Shown: piece by piece, positions 25,751 through 33,583 of the stretch
Layout of the letters: the number at the start of each line of letters is the position of its first letter
Numbering within the stretch: position 1 is the first letter of the stretch
From: Euryarchaeota archaeon RBG_16_67_27
GTDB lineage: Archaea; Thermoplasmatota; Thermoplasmata; RBG-16-68-12
Length of the DNA stretch: 42,051 nucleotides
Reading direction: 5' to 3'
NCBI GenBank assembly: GCA_001800745.1
Contig: MGVZ01000047.1
Location: 930-42,980 of the forward strand
Made by a program: the position numbers and the translations under genes
The notes under the pieces: generated by a model
What the model was told of the DNA's origin: nothing
The model's database searches: none
What the model saw: the letters and a program-made list of their open reading frames with translations, nothing else

Positions 25751-26400
25751 GGGAGCCCCTTCCGCATGTGGTCCCGGTGGTCCCTGAACTTCGGGGTCGA
25801 GGACTTGATCACGAAGTAGCTCACGCCGATCCAGCCGATCATCGCCGCGATCCCGATCATCCCGATCCAGTACGCGCGGATGAGGACGCCCTTGTCCGCA
25901 GGCCCTTCGTCGCCGCCCGTCGGCGCGCCCGCCAGGACGATCTCGCCGATCATTCCCGCGGCCTGCCCGCCGACGTCGATCCGGTGCGGGATGCAGTAGA
26001 ACCGTATGCCGCGGGCGGACGCCTCTGGGGTGAACGAGACTGCCCCGTTCGTGACGTTCGTCATCGAGTTCACGGTGAACTCGAGGAACGACCGGTTCCC
26101 CGGTCGGATGAACCCGCTGTCGACGAGGCCCCGGGAAGACCGGTCCTCGTTGTCGATCGTGAACGTGTGGAAGTTCAGCGGTTGCGTGTCGTTATTGATG
26201 AACGTGATGTTGAGGATGATTGGGACCTGCGGGATCGTGATTACGATGGGCACGAATACGGGGCCGTCCGCCCCCGTCGTGCCGACGACCTCGAGGGAGA
26301 GCTTCGGCACCGCGTTCTGGGCGGCCGCAGGAGGGAGGCCGGAAGGCGCAGCGAAAACGGTCAATATTCCTATCGCTACGAAGAGTGCGATCCTCCTCAT
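25747..26400 (-). CDS. Membrane-anchored blue-copper protein (cupredoxin)
   Basis: Signal peptide, HTFTID, FYCIPH...GMIGEI (type-1 Cu His/Cys/His/Met) and a C-terminal TM helix. Confidence 0.82.
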   Translation of the reverse strand: MRRIALFVAIGILTVFAAPSGLPPAAAQNAVPKLSLEVVGTTGADGPVFVPIVITIPQVPIILNITFINNDTQPLNFHTFTIDNEDRSSRGLVDSGFIRPGNRSFLEFTVNSMTNVTNGAVSFTPEASARGIRFYCIPHRIDVGGQAAGMIGEIVLAGAPTGGDEGPADKGVLIRAYWIGMIGIAAMIGWIGVSYFVIKSSTPKFRDHRDHMRKGLP

Positions 26401-26466
26401 CCGACGACCCTCTGACTCCCGATCCCGACGGGATTCAATCGGGCGGCAGCTCCAAAGTCCATTCCC

Positions 26467-26474
26467 TATTTATA
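26467..26474 (-). promoter_or_regulatory. Putative TATA box of the cupredoxin-Rieske-cyt b operon
   Basis: TATAAATA on the minus strand about 67 nt upstream of the cupredoxin ATG. Confidence 0.55.
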
Positions 26475-26643
26475 CGTTGTGCAGTGCGCCGATTTCGTCC
26501 GCGAAAACGCGCGCGGGACGACGGCATCCGACAGATACGGAGACCGTGCATCTTTGCATTCTCGATTTAATATAATTTTGTACATATTTATTTCCTCGGC
26601 GGCCCGTTGCGGGCGTCCGAATCCGACCCCGAACGGGTGAGGA

Positions 26644-26656
26644 CGAAACCTTTAAA
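26644..26656 (+). promoter_or_regulatory. Putative BRE/TATA promoter of the ATP synthase operon
   Basis: CGAAACC-TTTAAA about 32 nt upstream of the atpH ATG. Confidence 0.65.
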
Positions 26657-26687
26657 GACAAGCCGAGACTCACCGCGTCTGACCTTC

Positions 26688-27014
26688 ATGAAGAAGGAGG
26701 AAACCCTCCAGAGAATCAAGGAAGTGGAGGACCAGGTCCGGCGTTCCAAGGACGAGGTCCTCGCGGAGAGGGAGAGGGTCCTCCGGACCGCGCGGCGGGA
26801 TTCGCTGGATCTCCGGGACGCGCTCCGGGCGCAGGCCGAGGGCCGAGGGGAGGCGATCCTCAAGGCCGCCGAAGCGGCGATCGCGAAGGAGAAGGAGGGG
26901 TTGCTCGCGGCGGGCCGCAGGGGAGCGGCGGACCTCCGTGGCCAGGCCGATGCGAACATCGACCGCGCGGTCGACCGGCTCATCGAGAAGTTCAAGGGTG
27001 CGCTAAATGCTTAG
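26688..27014 (+). CDS. atpH: A-type ATP synthase subunit H (G)
   Basis: Charged coiled coil (ETLQRIKEVE...NIDRAVDRLIEKF). First gene of the operon, before atpI. Confidence 0.85.
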   Translation: MKKEETLQRIKEVEDQVRRSKDEVLAERERVLRTARRDSLDLRDALRAQAEGRGEAILKAAEAAIAKEKEGLLAAGRRGAADLRGQADANIDRAVDRLIEKFKGALNA

Positions 27015-29034
27015 GCCCGTGACGATGACCCGGGCCCTGATCGTGGGACCCCGGGAGCGGATGGAAGGCGTCATCGAGACGCTCTACGGGCTCAAGATCC
27101 TCCACATCGTCGACCATCGGGAAGGCACGGAGGGGCTCGACATTGGCAAGCCGCTGGGACGAGCGTCCGACGCATCGGAGATCCTCGTGAAGCTCCGTTC
27201 GATCGCCGCGATTCTCCAGATCGATGAGAAAGCCGCCGGGGCCGAGGGGGAGGCCGGCGAGTTGCGCGAGAAGATCCTCGCCCTCGAGCTCAACATCTCC
27301 GAGGAGGACGCCGCGAAGAAGAAGACGCAAGGCCTCCTCGCCGATCTGCAGCGGAGAATCGAGGAGATCCGGCCGTTCGCGCTTCTCCCCCTGAGCCTCG
27401 CGGACTACCGCGGGTACGAGAGTCTCGAGGTGCTCGTCGGCAGGGTGCCCCGCGAGATTGCCGGGCTCGAGTCCGTCACGAGGGAGCACGAGGCGTTCCT
27501 CGCCCAGGACGTCCTCGCGGTCTTCGTCGCGAAGGCCTCGGCGTCCGCGATGCGAGAGCATCTCGCCCAGCGCGGCTTCGCGGCCCTCACGGTCCCCGAG
27601 GGGGACGGGAGCCCCGCGCCCATCCTCACAGAGCTCCTGGGAGAGAAGGACCGGTGGGAGACACGACTTGCGGAGGTCGAGCAGCGGCTCGTGACCCTCC
27701 GGGAGCGGTACGCGGGGTTCCTCGTGGCGGCGAGGGTCCGCCTCGAGGTCGAGGTCGAGAAGGCGGAGGCGCCCCTGCGCTTCGCAGTGACGGAGCACAG
27801 CTTCGTCGTCGAGGGCTGGGTCCCGTCGGAGAAGTTCGAGGCGATCCGGGCCGACCTCGCGAACGTCCCGGGGATCTTCGTCGACGACCTCGAGATCGAC
27901 GAGCACGAGGCGGACCCGCCGATCCTCCTCCGGAACGTGAAGCCGTTCCGTCCGTTCGAGATGCTCGTGAAGCTCTTCTCGATTCCGAACTACCGGGAGA
28001 TCGATCCCACGTTCAGCGTGGCCCTCGTGTTCCCGGTCTTCTTTGGCCTGATGATCGGGGACGTCGGGTACGGGATCGCATGGTTCCTGTTCGGGCTCTT
28101 CCTCTGGAAGAAGGCGAAAGACCCGGGCGCCTGGCGCGACCTCGTGACGACGATCACCTGGGGCGGGTTCTTCGCCTCCCTGTTCGGGATCTTCGTGTTC
28201 GCGGAGGCGTTCGGGATCCCGTTCCACACGCCGCCCGAAGAGGTGGGCCACGCGGGCGCCCGCGGGCTGAGCTGGTCGATCGTCCTCGGGTTCGACATCC
28301 CGTTCCACGCTCGGATCGAGAAGCTCCACGACGTGCCCGCGTTCATCACCCTCTCGATTGTGGCGTCCTTCCTGCACCTCGGCATCGGATACGTGATCGG
28401 CTTCTTCAACGAGGTCCGGCACAACGTCAAGCACGCGGTCGGCAAGGTCTCCTGGCTCATGATTCTCCTCGGGCTGTTCGTCGTGATCCTCGTCCGTACG
28501 GCACGGTGGCCGGGGCTCGGCCAGGAGATATGGGAGGGGCCGATGGCCTGGTTCCCGCGCGGTGACCCGCTCGGGGTCCTCCCGGACAGCCTGATGGTCA
28601 TCCCGACCGTCGGCTTCGTGGCGGAGAACGCGATCCCCGGCCTCGCGATCTACCTGCTGATCGTGGGGATCGTGCTCCTCATCGCGACGGAGGGCGGGCT
28701 CCACGTCATGGAGGTCTTCGGCCTCATGGCGAACATGATCTCGTACGCACGGCTCGCCGCCGTCGGGGTCGCGAAGGCCGCGATGGCCCTCGCATTCAAC
28801 ATCATCGCCCTCGACACCGCGGTCCTCCCGGGCCTGAGCGAGGGCAACTACGTCCTGGTGGCGATCGGCCTCTTCGTCGCGTTCCTGTTCCACATGATCG
28901 TGTTCCTACTCGGCGCGATCTCCGCGTACATCCAGGCGATCCGCCTTAACTACGTCGAGTACTTCCTCAAGTTCTTCAAGGGGGCCGGGACGGAGTTCCG
29001 GCCCTTCGGTGATCGAACGAAGACGGAGGTGTGA
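27007..29034 (+). CDS. atpI: A-type ATP synthase subunit I (a)
   Basis: EGWVP, PNYREIDPT, FFGLMIGDVGYG, ISYARLAAVG, IQAIRLNYVEYFLKF. Confidence 0.96.
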   Translation: MLRPVTMTRALIVGPRERMEGVIETLYGLKILHIVDHREGTEGLDIGKPLGRASDASEILVKLRSIAAILQIDEKAAGAEGEAGELREKILALELNISEEDAAKKKTQGLLADLQRRIEEIRPFALLPLSLADYRGYESLEVLVGRVPREIAGLESVTREHEAFLAQDVLAVFVAKASASAMREHLAQRGFAALTVPEGDGSPAPILTELLGEKDRWETRLAEVEQRLVTLRERYAGFLVAARVRLEVEVEKAEAPLRFAVTEHSFVVEGWVPSEKFEAIRADLANVPGIFVDDLEIDEHEADPPILLRNVKPFRPFEMLVKLFSIPNYREIDPTFSVALVFPVFFGLMIGDVGYGIAWFLFGLFLWKKAKDPGAWRDLVTTITWGGFFASLFGIFVFAEAFGIPFHTPPEEVGHAGARGLSWSIVLGFDIPFHARIEKLHDVPAFITLSIVASFLHLGIGYVIGFFNEVRHNVKHAVGKVSWLMILLGLFVVILVRTARWPGLGQEIWEGPMAWFPRGDPLGVLPDSLMVIPTVGFVAENAIPGLAIYLLIVGIVLLIATEGGLHVMEVFGLMANMISYARLAAVGVAKAAMALAFNIIALDTAVLPGLSEGNYVLVAIGLFVAFLFHMIVFLLGAISAYIQAIRLNYVEYFLKFFKGAGTEFRPFGDRTKTEV

Positions 29035-29040
29035 AACCGC

Positions 29041-29274
29041 ATGGTAGTGGCAGAAAGCGCGCAGGGAATGGTCGCCCTGTCCGCGGCCCTCACCATCCTC
29101 GGGACGGGTGTGGCCACGGCGTGGGCGGAGAAGGTGATTGGTGCGGCGTCGGTGGGCGCCCTGGCGGAGAAACCCGAGCTGTTCGGCCGGGTGCTCCCGC
29201 TGGTCGTCATCCCAGAGACGATCGTCATCTTCGGCCTGATCATCGCGTTCCTGATGCTGGGCCAGCTCGGGTAG
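29041..29274 (+). CDS. atpK: A-type ATP synthase subunit K (c), single hairpin
   Basis: AWAEKVIGAASVGALAE...VIPETIVIFG. Confidence 0.95.
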   Translation: MVVAESAQGMVALSAALTILGTGVATAWAEKVIGAASVGALAEKPELFGRVLPLVVIPETIVIFGLIIAFLMLGQLG

Positions 29275-29290
29275 TCGGGGCGAGTCCCGA

Positions 29291-29863
29291 ATGACCCTGG
29301 AGACCGTCGTCCAGGCGATCCTCGAGAAGGGGAAGTCCGAGGCCGGGGAGATCCTCCAGCAGGCGCGCGCGGAGCGCGAGCGCATCCTGGCGGACGTCCG
29401 GGCCGAAGGCGGGAAGTCGATCGAGGAAGAGGAACGCCGCGCCCACGAGGCCGCCGCTCGCCGCCGCGTGCAGGAGCTCGCGCGCGGGGAGCTCGAGGCG
29501 AGGAAGATCGTCCTCGCCGCGCAGAAGGAGGCGCTCGATCGCGTGTACGAGCGCACGCTCGTGCGGCTCGGGGAGCTGAAGGAGAACGCGGAGTTCCTCC
29601 AGCGGCTCCTCAAGGCGAACGAGGCGGAGTGGCGCGCGGGCGGCCAGGTATACTCGAATGCGAAGGACGAGGCCGCCGTGCGACGGATCGTCGGGGAGCG
29701 CTACGCCGGCCGCGTCGAGTGTGCGGGTGGCGTCGTGATGGAGACCGCGGACGGCACGAGGCGGGTCGACCTCCGGTACGAGTCGATCCTGCGGGACGTC
29801 TGGAACGACAGCGTGAGGGAGGTGGCGGAGACTCTATGGCCCTCGAAATCCTCAAAGGCGTGA
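29291..29863 (+). CDS. atpE: A-type ATP synthase subunit E
   Basis: MTLETVVQAI, coiled coil, GGVVMETADGTRRVDLRYESIL. Confidence 0.93.
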   Translation: MTLETVVQAILEKGKSEAGEILQQARAERERILADVRAEGGKSIEEEERRAHEAAARRRVQELARGELEARKIVLAAQKEALDRVYERTLVRLGELKENAEFLQRLLKANEAEWRAGGQVYSNAKDEAAVRRIVGERYAGRVECAGGVVMETADGTRRVDLRYESILRDVWNDSVREVAETLWPSKSSKA

Positions 29864-30960
29864 CGCTGCCCCCGGCGCTCGAAGGGGCCGTCCGGCGGTA
29901 CCGTTGGGTCCGCGACCGAATCCCGCTCGACATGGGGAACTACCCGTACGTCACGGCGAGGATCAAGGCGAAGCGGGCGCACCTCCTCCCGCCCGAGACC
30001 TACTCTCGGCTACTCCAGATGGACATCCCGGAGATCGCGCGGTTCCTCGGCGAGGGGGAGTACAAGCAAGAGATGCTCGCCCTCGGCGCGCGGTACGCGG
30101 GCGTCGACCTGATCGAGATGGCGACGTCCCGCAACCTCGCGAAGACGTACAATCAGATCTACGAGTTCTCCGAGGGCCAGCTGCGGACGATGGTTGCGCG
30201 GTACCTCGACCGGTACGACCTCCAGAACGTGAAGACGATCGTCCGCGCGAAGACCTACGGTGCGACGGAGGCGGAGGTCGAGGAGGACCTCGTCCCCGCG
30301 GGGAGCTTCAGCGAGGAGTTCCTCGACCGGCTCGCGGAGGCGGACACCCTCGCGGAGGCCTTCGGCGCCCTCGAGGGGACGATCTACGCGGCGGCCCTGG
30401 ACACCCTCGGCGAGACGCCCGAGCGTGTGACGAACTGGGCGGAATGGGAAGACCTCGTGTCCCGTCTGTACTACCAGGACCTCCTGTCGTCCGTCCCGCC
30501 GTCGACGGAGGCGAACCGGTTATTCCGGAGTTTCATCCAGAAGGAGATCGACATCGTCAACCTGAAAACCCTCCTGCGGACGTGGTTCGCCAAGGCGAGC
30601 TTCGACCGGGACATCTTCGTGAGCGGCGGCATCGAGACGGCACCGGAGGAGCTCGAGGAGGCGACGCGCCTGGAGTACCCGGACCTCGTCGCGCACCTCC
30701 AGGACTATTCGTTCTACGACGACATCGCCGCGGACCTCGAGCAGGCGCAGACCCGCGGGGTCGGCCTCCTGATTCGGCGCGTGGAGAAAGTCCATCTCAT
30801 CCAGGCCGCGCGATACGCGCACCTGCACCCCCTGTCCATCCTCCCGATCCTCGACTACATCGTCCGGAAGGACCGCGAGGTCCAGAACATCCGGCTCATT
30901 GCGCGCGGGAAGGAGAGCGGCCTCTCCACAGGCGTGATCCGCGACCTTCTGGTGGTGTGA
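29860..30960 (+). CDS. atpC: A-type ATP synthase subunit C
   Basis: NYPYVTARIKA, DLQNVKTIVRAK, EIDIVNLK, KDREVQNIRLIARGK. GTG at 29860 overlaps the atpE stop, but the start is uncertain. Confidence 0.93.
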   Translation: MTLPPALEGAVRRYRWVRDRIPLDMGNYPYVTARIKAKRAHLLPPETYSRLLQMDIPEIARFLGEGEYKQEMLALGARYAGVDLIEMATSRNLAKTYNQIYEFSEGQLRTMVARYLDRYDLQNVKTIVRAKTYGATEAEVEEDLVPAGSFSEEFLDRLAEADTLAEAFGALEGTIYAAALDTLGETPERVTNWAEWEDLVSRLYYQDLLSSVPPSTEANRLFRSFIQKEIDIVNLKTLLRTWFAKASFDRDIFVSGGIETAPEELEEATRLEYPDLVAHLQDYSFYDDIAADLEQAQTRGVGLLIRRVEKVHLIQAARYAHLHPLSILPILDYIVRKDREVQNIRLIARGKESGLSTGVIRDLLVV

Positions 30961-30961
30961 T

Positions 30962-31258
30962 ATGGAGATTGCCGCGGTCGGCCGGGACGACTTCGTGCAG
31001 GGATTCAAGCTCGTCGGCGTGCGGAAGACCGCGTCCGCGACGAAAGAGGACCTCGAGGCCAAGGTCGCCCGGATGCTCGAGGACCCCGCGGTCGGCATCC
31101 TCGTCCTCGACACGGGCGACGTCCAGAGGCTGAGCCACGCGATGCGGCGACGGCTGGAGACCGTCGCCCGGCCCGTCGTCATCGCGGTCGGCTCCACGGA
31201 GTCCGAGGACCTCCGCACGAAGATCCGACGGGCCATCGGTGTCGACCTGTTCAAATGA
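30962..31258 (+). CDS. atpF: A-type ATP synthase subunit F
   Basis: IAAVGRDDFVQGFKLVGV and IRRAIGVDL. Confidence 0.94.
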   Translation: MEIAAVGRDDFVQGFKLVGVRKTASATKEDLEAKVARMLEDPAVGILVLDTGDVQRLSHAMRRRLETVARPVVIAVGSTESEDLRTKIRRAIGVDLFK

Positions 31259-31267
31259 GGTGGGCGT

Positions 31268-33583
31268 GTGGCAGCGAGCGCGAGGACGGAGACGAAGGCG
31301 AAGGGCGTCGGGGCGATCACGCGCGTCGCGGGCCCCGTGGTGACGGCGACCGGCCTGATGCCGCGGATGTACGACGTCATGCTCGTGGGCGCGGAGCAGC
31401 TCATGGGCGAGGTCATCCGGATCACCAGGGAGAAGTGCACGATCCAGGTGTACGAGGACACGTCCGGCGTGCGCCCGGGCGAGCCCGTCGTGGACACGGG
31501 ACATCCGCTCACCGTCGAGCTGGGACCCGGCCTCCTCGGGAACATCTACGACGGGATCCAGCGGCCGCTTCCCGTCCTCCAGAAGGTCATGGGAGACTTC
31601 ATCAAGCGCGGGGTGCAGGCACCGGGCCTGAGCAGGGAGAAGCTGTGGGACTTCGTGCCAAAGGTGAAGGAGGGCGCCACGGTCCAGGGCGGGTCCGTGC
31701 TCGGGACCGTCCAGGAGGCGAAGAACGTCGAGCATCGCGTCCTCGTGCCACCGAAGGTGAGCGGGAAGGTCGTCCGCGTCCGGAGCGGCAAGATGAAGGT
31801 CGACGAGGTTGCCGTCGAGCTCGACAACGGCCGCGCGCTCATGCTCAAGCAGGACTGGCCCGTGCGGAGGCCGCGGCCCGTCCTCGAGCGGCTCATGCCG
31901 ACGGTCCCCCTGATCACGGGGCAGCGGGTCATGGACTTCCTGTTCCCGATCGCGAAGGGCGGGACCGCGGCGATACCAGGCGGGTTCGGAACGGGGAAAT
32001 GCGTGGTCGGAGACACCCCGGTCTACCTGACAGATGGGGAGCGGCGACCGATTCGGGAGCTCTACGAGGCCGCCCGCGGCAGCTTCCCGGATGAGGGACG
32101 CGAACAATTCATCTTCCTCCGAGAACCGCTGAACGTCTGGACGTTCGACGGAGAAGGAATCCGTCCGGGGCGTGCGACCGCGATGTATCGAGGTCGGACG
32201 GCCCGGCTCACCGAATTGGTTCTCGGAAGCGGGAGACATGTCCGGCTCACTCCCGTCCACAGGTTGCTCCGGTCCGAGAATGGATTGCTTATGGACACCG
32301 CCGCGGAACAGCTGCAACCTGGAGATCTCATCGCAGTCCCGACATGCGTCCCCGCCCACACCGCCGCGCAATCGCAATCGGTCGCTTCCGACGCCGTCCA
32401 GCAGGTGGAGCTGCCGGTGACAGCCGGGGTTGCCCTCGATCCCGTGAAGGAGGTCCGCACCTGGAGTGAATCGACCGACGTCTACGACCTCACCGTCGAG
32501 GACACGCACAACTTCGTCGGCGGCGAGCTGCCAATGATTCTGCACAACACAGTTTCCGAGCAACAGCTCTCAAAGTGGTGTGACGCGCAGGTCGTCATCT
32601 ACATTGGCTGCGGCGAGCGCGGCAACGAGATGACGGAGGTCCTGACGACGTTCCCGAAGCTCGAGGACCCGTACACCGGCGCGCCCCTCATGGAGCGGAT
32701 GGCCCTGATCGCGAACACGAGCAACATGCCGGTCGCAGCACGGGAGGCGTCCGTCTACACGGGCATGACGCTCGCGGAGTACTACCGGGACATGGGCTAC
32801 AACGTCGCCCTCATGGCCGACTCGACCTCCCGATGGGCCGAGGCGATGCGCGAGCTCTCGAGCCGCCTCGAGGAGATGCCCGGGGAGGAGGGCTTCCCCG
32901 CCCACCTCAGCGCCCGGCTCAGCGAGTTCTACGAGCGTGCAGGGCGCGCGAAGACCCTCAACGGTCTCGAGGGCTCCGTGTCCGTCGTCGGCGCGGTGTC
33001 GCCGAGCGGCGGCGATTTCTCCGAGCCCGTGACCCAGGGGACCCTGCGCATCGTCAAGGTGTTCTGGGCGCTGGACACCGCGCTCCGCGCGCGGCGTCAC
33101 TTCCCCGCGATCAACTGGCTCACGTCGTACAGCCTGTACGTGCAGACCCTCGACGACTACTTCCGGACGAAAGTGAACGAGGAGTGGCCGAAGCTCCGGA
33201 AGTGGACGCAGCGGACGCTGCAGGAGGAAGCGGAGCTCGAGGAGATCGTCCGCCTCGTCGGCGCGGACGCGCTCCCGCCCGAGCAGCAGCTCACCCTCGA
33301 GGTGGCGCGGATGATCCGGGAGATCTTCCTCCAGCAGAACGCGTACCACCCCGTGGACACGTTCTGCCCGCCCGAACGGCAGTTCCGGCTCATCTCCGCG
33401 ATCCACCGGTATGCGGACCTCGGCGCGAAGGCCGTCGCCCTCGATGTGCCGCTCAAGGATGTCGCGAGCCTGAAGTCCCGCGAGCTCCTCACCCGCGTGA
33501 AGTACGAGGAGAAGTTCGACGCAGAGCTCGAGAAGACCCTGGGCCAGATGGAGGACGAGTTCAAGCGACTGGAGGTGCGATGA
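31268..33583 (+). CDS. atpA: A-type ATP synthase catalytic subunit A, intein-containing
   Basis: [15 protein letters not shown]-loop GGFGTGK|T interrupted by an intein, [29 protein letters not shown]. Confidence 0.97.
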   Translation: MAASARTETKAKGVGAITRVAGPVVTATGLMPRMYDVMLVGAEQLMGEVIRITREKCTIQVYEDTSGVRPGEPVVDTGHPLTVELGPGLLGNIYDGIQRPLPVLQKVMGDFIKRGVQAPGLSREKLWDFVPKVKEGATVQGGSVLGTVQEAKNVEHRVLVPPKVSGKVVRVRSGKMKVDEVAVELDNGRALMLKQDWPVRRPRPVLERLMPTVPLITGQRVMDFLFPIAKGGTAAIPGGFGTGKCVVGDTPVYLTDGERRPIRELYEAARGSFPDEGREQFIFLREPLNVWTFDGEGIRPGRATAMYRGRTARLTELVLGSGRHVRLTPVHRLLRSENGLLMDTAAEQLQPGDLIAVPTCVPAHTAAQSQSVASDAVQQVELPVTAGVALDPVKEVRTWSESTDVYDLTVEDTHNFVGGELPMILHNTVSEQQLSKWCDAQVVIYIGCGERGNEMTEVLTTFPKLEDPYTGAPLMERMALIANTSNMPVAAREASVYTGMTLAEYYRDMGYNVALMADSTSRWAEAMRELSSRLEEMPGEEGFPAHLSARLSEFYERAGRAKTLNGLEGSVSVVGAVSPSGGDFSEPVTQGTLRIVKVFWALDTALRARRHFPAINWLTSYSLYVQTLDDYFRTKVNEEWPKLRKWTQRTLQEEAELEEIVRLVGADALPPEQQLTLEVARMIREIFLQQNAYHPVDTFCPPERQFRLISAIHRYADLGAKAVALDVPLKDVASLKSRELLTRVKYEEKFDAELEKTLGQMEDEFKRLEVR
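32000..32548 (+). mobile_element. Mini-intein (183 aa, no homing endonuclease) in the AtpA P-loop
   Basis: Begins CVVGDTPV after GTGK, contains block B LTPVHR and block F VYDLTV...HNFV, and ends LHN before Thr. Codon usage is less GC-biased than the host gene. Confidence 0.95.

Noticed and set aside
32833-33579. Long N-terminal extensions on AtpB and similarly on NuoH, NuoC, NuoK, PetD, AtpC and the ferredoxin in the ORF track
   Set aside because: These extensions overlap upstream genes in another frame. Downstream starts with RBS or stop-start overlaps fit the known protein lengths.
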